Below, piece by piece: positions 13,701 through 26,700 of a stretch of DNA of 64,000 nt. The stretch is from Phoronis australis (Eukaryota > Animalia > Phoronida). The stretch covers positions 365,559 through 429,558 of the forward strand of contig NMRA01000260.1 of the NCBI GenBank assembly GCA_002633005.1, written 5' to 3'. A program made the position numbers and the translations under genes. Numbering within the stretch: the stretch's first letter is position 1; each line of letters opens with the position of its first letter. The notes beneath the pieces are model-generated. The model was not told the DNA's origin, searched no databases, and saw only the letters and a list, made by a program, of their open reading frames with translations.

Positions 13701-16700
13701 CTCGGCTGGCCTAAATCATTTAACCTTCCCGGGTACAACCAATGAAGAAACCTCACAATTCTCAAATGAAAAACAAGCAAGAGCAAACTAAATACATTGA
13801 CATGAACATGAAGTACATCTAGGCGTAACAAGCAAGCAAAATTCTTAACTGCATTCCATATGCCAAATATCTGAGAACATTAAAAAAAAGGATGCGCCTA
13901 TATCCAGAGCATCACTTTCAAGCATGATTCTGGATCCAGGCGCAGGTTCAATTTTATACACATTTACCTATATTTTTCCATTTGCACAATCTCTTAGGGA
14001 ACATTCACATATTACGTCATCACAGGGGGTTTAACTCACGGTGACGTCATCGTGTGGTTAATTGGAAAACTGGTGCACCTTCTAGGGGAACTGACCAATT
14101 GCAAAACCAGAACCTGCTGTTTCACGCTTCTAAGATTTGATATATTTTACCTCATGAAACAAGGAAACGACAGACCCACTCCATCATCACTGCCTAAACA
14201 GGGGTAGGGTTTGGCTTCAATGATGTAATTAGAGGCAAGACTGGGGGGTATATCATGACGGCTGGTGATGACAGGGGGGAGGGGGGCAAATTTTGGACGT
14301 AATACGTGAATGCTCCCCTGCCGTTTAAAACAGGGCACAAAACCTTTCATCAGTGAAACATCAAGATTGGAACAGTAAATCTTATCTTGCTAACCAACTT
14401 GTGTGTAGTCACGTGTGGGCAAAGCACCAGTTTTCAGAATAACACATATACAATCTCTAGTGATAAGGGTGCTTCAGTTATTATGACTGAACTAGTTAGA
14501 CTCAACCTCTTTGTTTATACCTGTGAACCACCTCTATATAGCCAAAACACATTTTCCCCTACATCACAATCAATAAAGTATACGTAAGTTTCCTAACACG
14601 TGCTGCAATCCTTTATTCTCGCAATGAACAAAGCCCACTTACGCTATCCAGAAGTAATTTGGCAGTGTCCAGGTGACCCTCGAAAATAGCAGCTAGTAAT
14701 GGGGTGATGCCATGTTTGTCTTGAACCTTTGGAACAAAATATTGATACCTCAAACATATGCTTGTTGTTTCAGCAGAAAAAATGAAAGTAACTTCTGATC
14801 AGTTATTAGTGAACGTAAAAGATACTGAAAAGTTGGTAATTTTTTAAAAAAACACAATTCTACAGACGAATAATTAACATAGGCATGATTTGAGAAAAAC
14901 AGGAATTTGCGAACAAAATATCCCTTTAAAGTGCCTAAAATCACCAATTTCATAAAAAGAACAGCATAAACAACCTCAGGAATCCATCTGGTGTCAAAAT
15001 ATAACAATGCATTAGAAGCCAAAGCGGTAGTCGTCGAATCTGTCCATCTCCTGTCAAGTTAATAGGAATACGATTGCAAGATTTCAAAAACATCTTATGA
15101 GTTTAGGAGATACAGCCAGAGATGAGAAAAATGTCACTGGCGGACCACAGTATTTGGACATATTTATAAATGCATGTCAGTAATGCTCTTATCTTTAGGA
15201 ACACATCTGCCAATTTTCTTAACGATCCTCTGCGCGGTTTGGCAGATACAGAAGCAGACGACAAAAAAACAGACCAAAAATACAAAAAGGGCACTAGTTG
15301 GTGCAGAACACGTCGAATCCATCACAAAATGGTAAGGTGCTGTCGTCGTCGTATTAGAATTTTCATGAAAAAGCATAAAAGAACTCTGAAATTACAGAGG
15401 CAAATAACGTAAAAAAAATAAAATTGCAACCAGGGAGCATAGCTGTAGTTGGATTGGTCTGAAACTTACCGTCATCTGTTGCCATCTCCACAGGAAAACA
15501 TCTGCTAAATTTCAGAAAGATTTTCCTAAGGGTAAAGGAAATACAGCCATGGTCGCAAAAAACAATAAAATTGCCACTTGGGGGTTGCCTCGGTCTTCTC
15601 ATCAAGAAAAACATCTTCAAATTTTAATAATGATCCTTCAAGGGTTTTGGTAGCTGGAGAGGGTGATGTCAAAAACATACTCAAAAATATTTAAAATTGC
15701 CACCAAGGGGCACAAAATATGTCAAATCTGCCCAGAAATCAGAAGGCATCGTTGTCTCCTTAATAATAACCTTATTTGCAAAATATGGTAATAAAAATCT
15801 GCCACGAAATGTCTCATCTACAGGAAAACGGGAACCTGTTGACTCTATTTAACAATTCCATAAAAATCTGTCAAGGAGTTTCAAAGATACAGAGGACTGC
15901 GAAAAATAAAATAAAATTGCCACAAGAGGGGCCCAGGTGTAGTCGGACCCATCCCAATGTCGTCATTATCCATTGTCGACATACACTTGCCAAAGTTAAT
16001 AAAGATCTTGTACAGAGTTTGGGAGATATGGCCGTAGATGCAAAAACATTGCCACTAGGAGGCGCCACAATGGTCTGAGTTGTTCGAAAATCATCATCAG
16101 CCATCCTCTTCAAAATAGAAGCTTAAACACCAGTTTTCAAACTCATTTTTAGAGTGGTTTGGAGGAGCGGAAGCCAAAAACAGACTTGAAAACAGTAAAA
16201 ATGGCCACCAGATGGTGCAAAATATGTCGGATTCATCCGAAAATGGGAATATGACGTTTCTTTAATTCAAAGATATTTACCAAGTTTCAAAAAACCGTCA
16301 AGAAACAGTTGTCCGTTGTCAACTTCAAATCAATACACTTGCTAAATGTAATAAAGATCCTGCAGAGGGTTTAAGAGAAACAGTCATGGGTGCCAAAAGG
16401 TGGCACAAAAGGTAGTCAAGTTGCCGGAAAATCATCAGCCATCCTTTCACAATAGGAACATAAACGCAAATTTTCAAAATCATCTTTCGAGTGGTTTAGT
16501 TAATAGAGGGGTCGACATAAAAAAGCAGACTCGAAAACAGTAAAAATGGCCACTAGATGGCGCAAAATACCTTGACTCCATCCCAAAACTAGAGGGTAGC
16601 GTCATCATACTAATAAATGAACAATTGTCAAATTTTATGAACAGTTGTCGGATCTGTTCCAAAGTTCGATCATGCCGTCCCATTCATGGAAGGAACACGT

Positions 16701-19700
16701 GCAAAATTTCATGAGGGTTTTGGAGACAGAGCAGCCGATGCCAGACAGATGGACGGACAGGGGCGACGGCATAATGTGCCCACATATATGTGGGTACATA
16801 ATAACAAGGAATGGCGAATCGTTGCATGTGTGTTTCTTCATACACATAAGTGTGGCTCTTTTCACTTAGTGCAGGGAATCAGAGAAGCACAGATATGACA
16901 TAAGTTTGTACAAGAAACTCGTGTGTTGGTGGATATGACATACTGGAGCTGGGTACATTTATACATCACACTCATGTCCGTGGAGCTAAAAGACTTTCAG
17001 TGGAATTCACTAAACTTCTCAAGGTAAATGGTGATTTTAAGCTCTTTAACTTCTCACAGAAGAGTCTAGAACTAGCCCAAGTGTGTTACAATGTAACATA
17101 CTCACATTGACTTGGGCACCCTTGGATATCAGATAACGAACAGCACTGGTCTGTCCAAAGTCGGCAGCGAAATGCAGTGGATACCTGCCATACGCACCAA
17201 TCGCAGTATTGAGATCAATGTTCTGTAATAAATAAAAAGTTGCAAATAGACCAGGTGGACTATAATCAGTGCCATGTAACTCTTCTACGACCCTACTCTA
17301 CTACTACCCATTCTTAACAACATAAACTTGACACAGACAGACGTGGGATGCTTTCCGTAGAGGCAAGACACTTGCGTTGCACTTGTGGTAAGAAATCTTT
17401 GCTTATAAAACGGACACAGTGAATTCTATCGATAATAAAATAAAAAAAATCAATCCAAAGCATTGAAATGTACTTACAACTGTACTGCAAACAGTATGCT
17501 TCTAGGGGTGTTCATTAGTATCGAAAAACAGCTATAAGATGGCATAAAATATGTCAAACCCACGCAAAAATGGGAAGGCCACATCTTCTCCTTAATGAAA
17601 ACCTATAAACCCAAATTTCAAGAAAACCGATGCAGGAACTCCGAAGATACAGGAGGCTGTATGGACACATCCATGTTTAAATAAACTGAATGCTCGAAAA
17701 TGTTCTTCTTAAATAAAGCTAATATTAATACTTCAGAAATAACCACCAGGCCTACTCAAAATCTATCTTGTACTTCAACAGTACGGGACGTTTCATTTTA
17801 AGCTTGCACGCTCGCTGCCCAAAATCTCTGGACCATATTAGTTAAGTATACTGCAGTCTATGAAAATACCACCAATTAACCAGTTTCGCCTTCTTTGCAA
17901 ACATGGAACAGGTACATTAAAAGGGGTTGAAGGTTGTTTTTATACAATTATAAGGTCAAATTTTTGTAACACATGCAAACGATTTTAAAATTTTCGCCTT
18001 AGAGAGACATTGAACTTGAAAGCTCATCAAAAATATTTTTTAAACAATTTCTGACGAAAGTACCATCTCACAATGTCTATTACAGAGTTATTCACTTTCC
18101 CACATGAGGGAGTTTCCAGAAAATCACAAAATACACGATTTTCGAAACACCTAAGGAGAAATTATTAAGGTACCACATAGTTTGTAATGCCACTCCCACT
18201 AATGATAAATGCGTGCACGCGCTCAGTCATTCCAGAAAACAGCTGACTGACCAGGTGGATATTTACGGCAGATTATCATTTGTGCTCACACTCCGAATCT
18301 GAGGTCGACAGCACAGTATGAGGCAAGCCAGTGAAGCAAGCAATTTCTTTATAACCAATTTTAACTGTCAAGACTTGCATCAATTGTTGCTAAACCAGAT
18401 AGACTGATGGTTGAATGGCCATTGGTGTGTTTACATCAAAGGTCAAAGGTCACATTTTCCATATAACAGACAAGTCCTCCGTCTATGTCTTGCCAACCAA
18501 ATAAGGAGATGTGCTAAGCTTTGTTGGAAAATTAATCTACGAAGCGACGATCAGTTGAGATCATTTTTTGAAATTTGAAACTTAACAAATGTTTTGCCAT
18601 ATAAATCTGCTTTGCCTTGTGGTAGAAAAGTCCTACTGATCACCAGCTGACAGATCACTTTTTTGAAATTCGAAACAAAAGAAAAAGGCTTTGACATCAA
18701 TAGAAATTCTAAAATTTACAAAACAAACTGTAAAAATACCTGGTGACCACGTTGAATTCTGTTTCACTGGCTGAGAACCACTTTGAATTACGCAATTTAG
18801 TCTTGTTTTCAAATGAAAATTCTACGACAAAATAAAATTCTTCAACTGGTTTTGGAAAGTTCAATTAATACCACCTCTGAATAATGCACCCATCCTACTA
18901 CTGATGCAACGAAAGGATCCCGTGCGCAAAAGATACTAAGTTTGACCCTTCTGAAATACTGAATTGGTTCAGCAGATGCAACCTCATGAAAACTGTCACA
19001 CAAAAACTCAAGAGATATTTTGGTCACGTATAAATAATGCAACAGACTTGGATGTCCAGCAAAGCACTTCTATCCTAATGAATATGATAGTCACTCAGAA
19101 AACTTGAAATCATGAGGGATGAAAATCATCCAATGTGTTTATTTACCACACCGACAAAATTTTGTATAGTTGAAATAGCCACTAGCTTAAAACCCCTTCA
19201 AGTAAGCAGCAAATCAGTCCTTAAAGGCGAAGGCAACCTTTTTTCATGACACTTTTAGCAAAAATAAGGTCTGTTGATTATCCCAGACATATTTTTCATC
19301 TCATTAAAGCTTTTCGTAATTTAATGAATTTCTTGTCCTCTACTCCAGAAGTGACGTTTTGGGAGGCAAGAATTTCGCGCCAATTTCTTTTCATACAGTC
19401 AGACTGTGAGAGCTGTCAAGTCAATCATTGTTCTACCTCGGATGTGATAAGTTCGGTCGTCGTTTGCTTTTGATTATGAGTCAGTCAACATGCCACGCTG
19501 TTGCTGCGTACCAGGATGTACTCATTATCGTCTCACACGCTTTGGGTACCTTGCATCGCTTTCCGAAGGATGACACACTTCGTCATACTTGGCTAGCTCG
19601 TTCGCTTGAAGAACGCAGCGCTACTCGTTCACGCAACGTACAAAGCATTGGCAAGCATTTTCAGCCATCAGATTACGACAGAGATAGGCCTATGTACGCT

Positions 19701-22700
19701 GAATTGATGAAGGTCCTGCGAAACAACGCCTGAAGAAGGGTTCCGTACCGTCGCTGTTGATTCCCGTCAGTGCCCCATCGCCACCCCCGAAAAGTGCGTT
19801 TTTGAGGCGAGAAGCCTCGCGAGCTGTAGCCACTATAAACGGTGACTGGAGGCACTTCATCTACTGTCACCCATTCCTCCGAACGTACCCCATAGCGTGC
19901 AATTCCAGGAACTAGCAGTGATTCCCCGTGTGCTGTTGTCTCTAGCCCAGAGCCTGTAAGTAGCCCTGCAGCAATGTTGAGTAGTGGGAGTAAATACAGG
20001 CCCAGTTTGACACCCAATGAAAAGGACAGTTCGTCATCCAGTGAACAGATTGGTGAACCTAAGTTTGATAAGTTTATTGTGGACTTGTATTGGAGCTATT
20101 TAGAAAGTGCCGGCAGGATGTAAGCAGTTTGGGTACTCAAGTCACCTTCGGGAGTGTGTCGCGTGACACTCGGGCAAGTGGGACATTTCTTCCTCTGCAC
20201 GTGAGACGATAATGAGTACATCTCGGTAGGCAACAACAGCGTGGCATGTTGACTGACTCATAAACAAAAGCAAACGATGACCGAACTTATCACAACAGAG
20301 GTAGAACAATGACTGACTCGACTGCTCTCACAGTCAGACTGTATGAAAGAGAAATTGGCGCGAAATTCTTGCCTCCCAAAACGTCACTTCCGGAGTAGAC
20401 AAGTAATTAATTAAATTACGAAAAGCTGTAAATAAGTGAAAAATATGTCTGGGATAATCAACGGACACTATTTTTGCTAAAAATGACATGAAAAAAGGTT
20501 GCCTTCGCCTTTAAGCCAACCCCTATGGTAGAGGATCAAGTTGCAGAAACATCAGAATGGGCAATAATAAGCAAATTTAATGAATCAACAGACTTGGCAC
20601 AAATAAAAATAAGACACATAACAATCCAACAGTGCACACCTGCACATTAACTACCATTTTGTACCTGAGCCAATCAGATAACCAACGCTGCAAAAATTTT
20701 TGAGAACAATTGATTCTAACACAGTCCCCTTGATGCACCAACACAATAAATTTCTTCCAAATTTTACAGTGTTACAGTTTTATGAAAATCCATCAAAGAG
20801 CTTCAAAGATACAGAGGCGTAAAAAACTGGCATAAGGAATCACAGCAGTAGTCAAATCCGTCCACCTTCTCTCAAATTAATAGGAATATAATTGCAAAAT
20901 TTCAAAAACATCTTGCAAGGGGTTTAGGAAATGCAGCCACAGATGCAAAAAATGCCACCACTGCGTGACTTGGCAGATACAGAAGCAAACGACAACACAC
21001 TAAAAACATTTAAAATGGCCGACCCTAGGCTCACGCTAGCCGCTCGCCATTGGCGAATTCTGAGCGACACTGGCCGTGGTAGAGCTAAAGTCTATTTGGC
21101 AACTTGGCGAATGCTTTCACAATTTCTCGTGATGACTCACAGTCAGCTTGAATCAAGTCGCACCATCAATGAAATTCTTACTTCGATTTGGACTCCTAAT
21201 CTAAAAATAGCAAGCGGCCTCCTAAGGTGTCCCTCTATGCGCAAAAGGTATTACCGTAATAACAACGTCACTTAGATGTTTTAGTCAGTGCGAGTGACTG
21301 CTCGAACAAAAAGCTCGATAATGGAAGTATTTGTTCGAGTTGGAAGGAATTAAACACACTGCCAACCTCCTAAGGTGTCCCTCTATACGCAAAATGTATT
21401 TATAACATGACTTTAATGTTTTAGCCAGTGCGAGGCATAATTCACCTAAAAGCTTCAAGCGTATGGAGCGCCTATAGGAGTAGGCAATGACCATCGCCTC
21501 TGTTGGCCCGAAGCAGAGGCGATGTAGAGGCTATAGGCGCTCTGTACGCTGGAAGCTTTTCGGCGAATTATGCCTCGCACCGACTAAACCATCAAAGTCA
21601 CGTTGTTATAAATACCTTTTGCGCATAGAAGAACACCTTAGGAGGTTGTCAATGTGTTTAAGTCCTTCCAACTCGAACAAATACTCCCGTTATGAAACTT
21701 TTTCTTCGATCAGTCCCTATTTCAGTTCCCAAAATCGTGAAATCAAAATTTGCATTTTTTTAACCAGGCCGAAGGTCAGAAGTTGCGATCCTACCGGCGA
21801 ACTTTGAAAGCTGAAGTTCCCGCCCTTTGCGTACGTCTGCCGGGAACCAGCCGTGCATTTGGCAGAATGGTGAATGTTGGCCAATTCCCCTTTTGTCCAC
21901 TGACGTCACAAGCATACTGGCGCCCCCAGTGGAGGCCCTAAGAATTCGTAAACAAGCATGCTGGCGACTGTGGTTAAAGCATTTTTTATGATTTTTCCAG
22001 AGTCACTATGTTTTAGTGCGTTTTTAAAATAATGTTGCATGTCATACCTCTCAGAAAATTAATATTGTTCCAATAAATTAAGAAAATTGGAATATTCATT
22101 CTCGCGATCCTGCAACACTATCCAAATGTTCTTCTGTGTTACACACGGCAAAGCCAAAGTTTTATCCCCACGCGAAATAGCCTCGTTTACGCTCGACTAA
22201 AAAGGAATCTTTCAATCATAATTAATTGATACTATATACCATTCATTATTATATTTCATGCATTATGTTTTTAGAAAAAAAACGATACTCAACGTCCCAC
22301 AATAAATACAAGTCTGTTCGCCAGCTTGGCTCGGCCGTTGCTAGGCTGGATACTATCGGGTTCATGAACTCGGTTTATGTACGAGTTCTCAGGGCCTCCA
22401 CTGGGGGCGCCAGTATGCTTGTGACGTCAGTGGACAAAAGGGGAATTGGCCAACATTCACCATTCTGCGTGCATTTGCCGTGTTGTTAAACATTAAAATG
22501 TCAAATATGTGCACAAAGACTATTAAATGTCATATCAAAAGCATTTATTTTTATCAAATACAAACAATAATTCATTGAAATACAAACAGTTTCAAGTAAC
22601 GCCAATTAAAGACAAGTATAAGTGGTGGCATTTTGGAAACGAACATTTGACTGACAAGACCGCAATGGCTCACCTTTGGCCTATTTAAANNNNNNNNNNN

Positions 22701-23376
22701 NNNNNNNNNNNNNNNNNNNNNNNNNNNNNNNNNNNNNNNNNNNNNNNNNNNNNNNNNNNNNNNNNNNNNNNNNNNNNNNNNNNNNNNNNNNNNNNNNNNN
22801 NNNNNNNNNNNNNNNNNNNNNNNNNNNNNNNNNNNNNNNNNNNNNNNNNNNNNNNNNNNNNNNNNNNNNNNNNNNNNNNNNNNNNNNNNNNNNNNNNNNN
22901 NNNNNNNNNNNNNNNNNNNNNNNNNNNNAAAAAATGGAACAGTGACATATTGTCAGTTCAATGAGATAGTGTCATTGTGGAAAAAGATTTTATTTTCAAC
23001 TTTTATAACCGATTGATGCGATCGTCCATTTTAGGCCGACTTGGGGGTCTAAATTGCACCCTCTCTCGGTGAAATCAAAACGAGGCAACGCTGTAAAAAA
23101 ACGAGACGGTGCCGGACATTGAATGCATTACAACGGAACAAAAATTGGTGTCATTTAATTCTCAGATTATGCTTCAAGTAAGATTCTATGAAATGTCCGA
23201 TATTTAGGTTCCGTCCGATAATTAGGTACACTATGTGTAGGCCAAGGTAGGCTGTGTGTGGACTGTGGACGGGACTTAATATTGTCTTGTCGGATGGTAA
23301 TACTCACAGAATGTTCAACAGTAGCCGTTAAAGCCTCAAGATCGCCATTTTTCAATGACCAAATAAACTGTTCCAT
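10716..23376 (-). CDS. MTPN: Myotrophin (V-1), 118-aa ankyrin-repeat protein. Exons 23376-23308, 17222-17106, 14726-14643, 10802-10716.
   Basis: MEQFIWSLKNGDLEALTATVEHS|NIDLNTAIGAYGRYPLHFAADFGQTSAVRYLISKGAQVN|VQDKHGITPLLAAIFEGHLDTAKLLLDS|GADKNGKAPDGSSYADCAEDSEMKALLQ* carries the myotrophin motifs WxLKNGDL, PLHxAADxGQ, DKHxITPLL and KALLQ. Three phase-0 GT-AG introns. Confidence 0.95.
11961..13192 (+). mobile_element. HINE (non-autonomous Helentron, family B) in MTPN intron 3
   Basis: 5' hairpin tactctgcgcgtgtaagcgcagagta, (TTATTC)n microsatellite ~12035-12070, ~430-bp internal repeat (tgcaccgga at ~12153, ~12589, ~13008), 3' subTIR cacgcgcagagt, stem-loop attattgtcac-gct-gtgacaataat, ends ctagtt. 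Confidence 0.8.
14900..16802 (-). mobile_element. Degenerate HINE family A copy with a long central repeat array; left boundary approximate
   Basis: Right end gacggcataatgtgcccacatatatgtgggtacataa is the reverse complement of the family 5' end; repeated ccactag(g/a)(a/t)ggcgc motifs at ~16051 and ~16550. Confidence 0.7.
17920..19200. repeat. Dispersed repeat (probably a TTAA-type DNA element) with a second copy at ~63480-64000
   Basis: aggtcaaaggtcacattttccatata...gtctatgtcttgcc...ccaaataa.gagatgtgctaa and downstream blocks are shared between ~18440-18810 and ~63700-63990; ends resemble aggggtt...aacccct. Confidence 0.5.
19225..20510 (+). mobile_element. Kolobok-like DNA transposon deletion derivative with ~310-bp TIRs and a frameshifted THAP domain
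   Basis: TTAA TSD (19221-19224, 20511-20514); TIRs aggcgaaggcaacc...; broken peptide MPRCCCVPGC / TLHRFPKDDTLRHTW / KHFQPSDY / RLKKGSVPSL follows the THAP pattern; KFIV..LELFRKC fragment near 20070-20115. Confidence 0.75.
21290..21720. repeat. Imperfect fold-back of a dispersed repeat (~180-bp arms)
   Basis: 21300-21479 and 21531-21715 are inverted copies (cctcctaaggtgtccctctat... / ...atagaagaacaccttaggagg). Related fragments lie at ~1707-1785, ~44385-44445 and ~47730-47830. Confidence 0.65.
21862..22468. mobile_element. Mutator (MULE)-type MITE
   Basis: Perfect ~78-bp TIRs starting gcagaatggtgaatgttggcc; 9-bp TSD GTGCATTTG at 21853-21861 and 22469-22477. Confidence 0.9.
22690..22928. other. 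Assembly gap (run of N) in MTPN intron 1
   Basis: 239 consecutive N. Confidence 1.
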
Positions 23377-23742
23377 CTTAATTCTTAGTTTTATCACTGT
23401 TTGAAATTCAACACTGCTCCCATAAACCGGAAGCCGCCCCTATAGTCTCAAAACTATCTAGCGATAATAATCGTTCGAGTAAAAAATATACTTTATAAAA
23501 CATATTCCTCTATTTTATCCATTTTTGTCGAATATTTTTAACATTTTGCTACATGCATTTTAAGTTTGACATTTTCTTAGATTTTACACAGCTCATTGTT
23601 AATAACACTTCGCATTGTTGTTATATGACTCACCTCCGGTGGCGCGAGGTTGGAAAACATGTACTGGGGATTTCCCATAATAATTTTCCAGGAAATTCTT
23701 AAGGCAACAAAATATCAAATTGACAAACGTGAATGTGAAGAA
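23377..23742. promoter_or_regulatory. Probable bidirectional promoter between MTPN and the orphan gene
   Basis: Only ~366 bp separate the divergent ATGs. ETS-like ccggaag plus GC box at ~23427-23440, E2F-like gtggcgcg at ~23639, YY1-like aaatggcg at the + strand ATG. Confidence 0.55.
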
Positions 23743-26700
23743 ATGGCGGGATTCGATCGACAAGAAGACAACGCTTTTCAAGAACTAGATTTTTTATCAA
23801 TATCTGGTTTACTGTTGTCCTCATTAGAATCTCTCGACAATGTCAATGAAGACGAAGTCGTCAATGCCCACGAATTACAGGCCATACACAACAAGAAACG
23901 TATATTAGAAATGATGCGCGACTTGAAGGATTTCTGCACTGATTTCGACCAACCATATCTCGATGCCTTGCAGCAGAATATTGCTAAAGACCTTCAGCAA
24001 AGGGGAGACCACATCGACGATATCGTCTTGGACCGCTGCCAGCGGATGAAGAGAAAGCTGAGGCAGATACGAGACTGTTTCCTTAAAGTTGCTGATGTTG
24101 CTGATGCAGTGTTTGATTGGCTGGAAGAGAGTGGTTCAGATGTTCAAAACAATATCAAGAAACAAGAAGGCGTGCTTCGAGGAATTGTTCACATTGCAGG
24201 TACAAAATTGCCTATGTTGCTGGACAGCATTTGACACGGGCAATCACAATCAAGGTCCATATTCGGTGACCACTTTTGGTGAAAATGAAGGTTGTCATAT
24301 ATCTGTAAAAGCAGGGTTATTTCAAAGAATCATCTTTCCAAGTTAGTAATCTAAAGTCCCGTTTACATGCCGTGAATAATACGCTGTGACACGAAAGTCA
24401 CGCATTTCTAAAAATATGCGTGACGTTTCACCGCTTGTCCTTCGGAGCTCTTCTTGCCGGGATCAAAGAGAGCGTGGCGCCAGACTCAGTTGCGATGACT
24501 GCATTGTCCGGTGCGAGCAAGTGTAATTTAACCCGACCTTAAACTGTAGTAAACATCTCTGCCTGTACATACTGGAGAATTTTCGAATATAAATCGGTAA
24601 ATAAAACAACAAGAATGGATCAACTGAAATTTGAAATTTTCGGAGGTAACAACTTCCTTTATTTTTTTTGTTGATAAAGGAAGTTGTTACCTCCGAAAAT
24701 TTCAAATTTCAGTTGATCCATTCTTGTTGTTTTATTTACCGATTTATATTCTTCATTTCACGAAACAATAGTATCCTTGGGAGGATCTGGATCGCCTTAT
24801 TTAGTTTCAGATATATTTTCTACGGAGAATTTTCAAAATGCATTAACTAACAGTTTATGTTAAAAACTAATATGACAGCTGTATTCAGATGGAAAAAACA
24901 ATCAAGTTTGGTTTTCGATTTTTAAAAATCGATAAACTATTAAGCTAAAAATACAAACATTGGGTTGGATTGAAGATAAACGACTGCATGCGTATTGATA
25001 TACTCGGTGATTTTCAAATGCTGATCAGTTAACAATATCACGTGGATTAGTCCTTTAATACACAACTGAGTTTGGTTAAAACGATAGCAACTTAAACCAG
25101 TAAGAAAAAAGTAGGCTAGAGTATTAAAATAAAGTAATGAAAACAGGTAAGAAACATATTTAAAACCAACTGTCAGATGATTGACTGTGGGTTTTTTTAA
25201 AAGGTAGCTATGCTTTGAGATTGTGCGTAGATGTAGAGTGAATAATCAAATCCAGTAATTAATTTGTTATGTGATAACCCATAATTAGACAAATGAAACC
25301 TATTGTTAATTAAGTAATCAACTACAAAGAGTAACTACGCTAGCGCCCTCTTTAAAGATTACTTTAATCAAACAACAAAACAATCAAATGTCTTATCTGC
25401 TATCCAAGCTGGGACTCTCCACTTGTTGGATGTCTTTCCTATTGGTGAATCTTCGAACTACACACACACTGTATAGCGACAGTGTACTTGCTGGTCACTG
25501 TCTCTGGTGATGCAACACTTGCAGGCTATTTCTTCTACCCGCGACTCTTCTTGCTGGTCACAGTCTCTGGCTGATGACGCAACACTTCAGGTAGTATCTT
25601 ACTACCCACAATGCAAGTGACAAGCTCTTAGTTAACTTCCTGTTCGTTAACCCTTGCTCTTGCCAAGATCCTTTAACTAGAATCTTCCATGAGATGGCTC
25701 TGTTGTACAATTTCCTCTGTACACTGTAGCAAGTCTTTATGCTTCAACTACTATAGCGCATCTAATTATCTTGTTGATTTCAGCCCATAATATAACATTC
25801 TACTCATTTAGTGATTGGCTAATAAAAATCACATGATCATATCCACTCGTATTATTGGCTGTTACAATTTGGTCTCAGAATATTCTAGAATCTCTAGAGT
25901 TTAACCCCAGAACCCAAAGTTGTAAACACCATCTAAAAATAGATTTTGACTTAAAATACATGTCAACAAGTCTGACCCCATGATTTAAAAGTACATAATG
26001 CACAAATTTTGGGCAACTTAAAATGGATCTATTCTTACTAATTACTTAATCAATATTTATTCTGACACCAACGTTCCTTTGTGAAGTGGCCCTTTGTCAA
26101 GATCAATGTAAATTAACTGTTTAGTCATTTTGTAATATTTAAAATTTACCAAGTTAAAACTGCTCTCCACATTGCAGACTTTAATTCTGTGCAAATGCCA
26201 GAGAAAAACAGTAATAACGACCACCATTGCTACCTATTACCTTTTCCCTTCATTAGCTCAGATCTACATCAATACAAAGGGCGTGATGAATAGGGATTGT
26301 AAAAGTTGTCTGGGGTTTCGGGACTCAGAGCAGACACGGAGCAACTTGATCGGTGTCAAGTGGCCGTTTACACATGCAATTTCATTAACTGTGGCAAGAC
26401 GGAAGTTGTACTCTGGGGTTTGGAATGCACATGCGCAGGTTTTCAAATAGCGGGAGTTGCAGAGACAGAGAACCCATATGTAGGTCATTGCACAAGAGCA
26501 GTAGAGATGATCCTTTCCGCCTTGCCCCAGTTGCGCGTTTAGACATATAATTGACATGGAGCAAGATGTTTGAGCACAAATTGCCTCACCTCACAAACGG
26601 GTGGCAAAAGTTGTCACTGCAGTGTAAATTAGGTTCGTGTCTGTCCCGTTTACACACTGGAACATCTCGTTCCATGTCAGCTGATCCAACCCAACTTTTG

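Noticed and set aside
22676-22948. ORFs across the N run
   Set aside because: Artefacts of the assembly gap.
24415-24460. Second hammerhead (minus strand caagaaga...gaaacgtc)
   Set aside because: The CUGA of the catalytic core is missing; only GAAACGTC matches.
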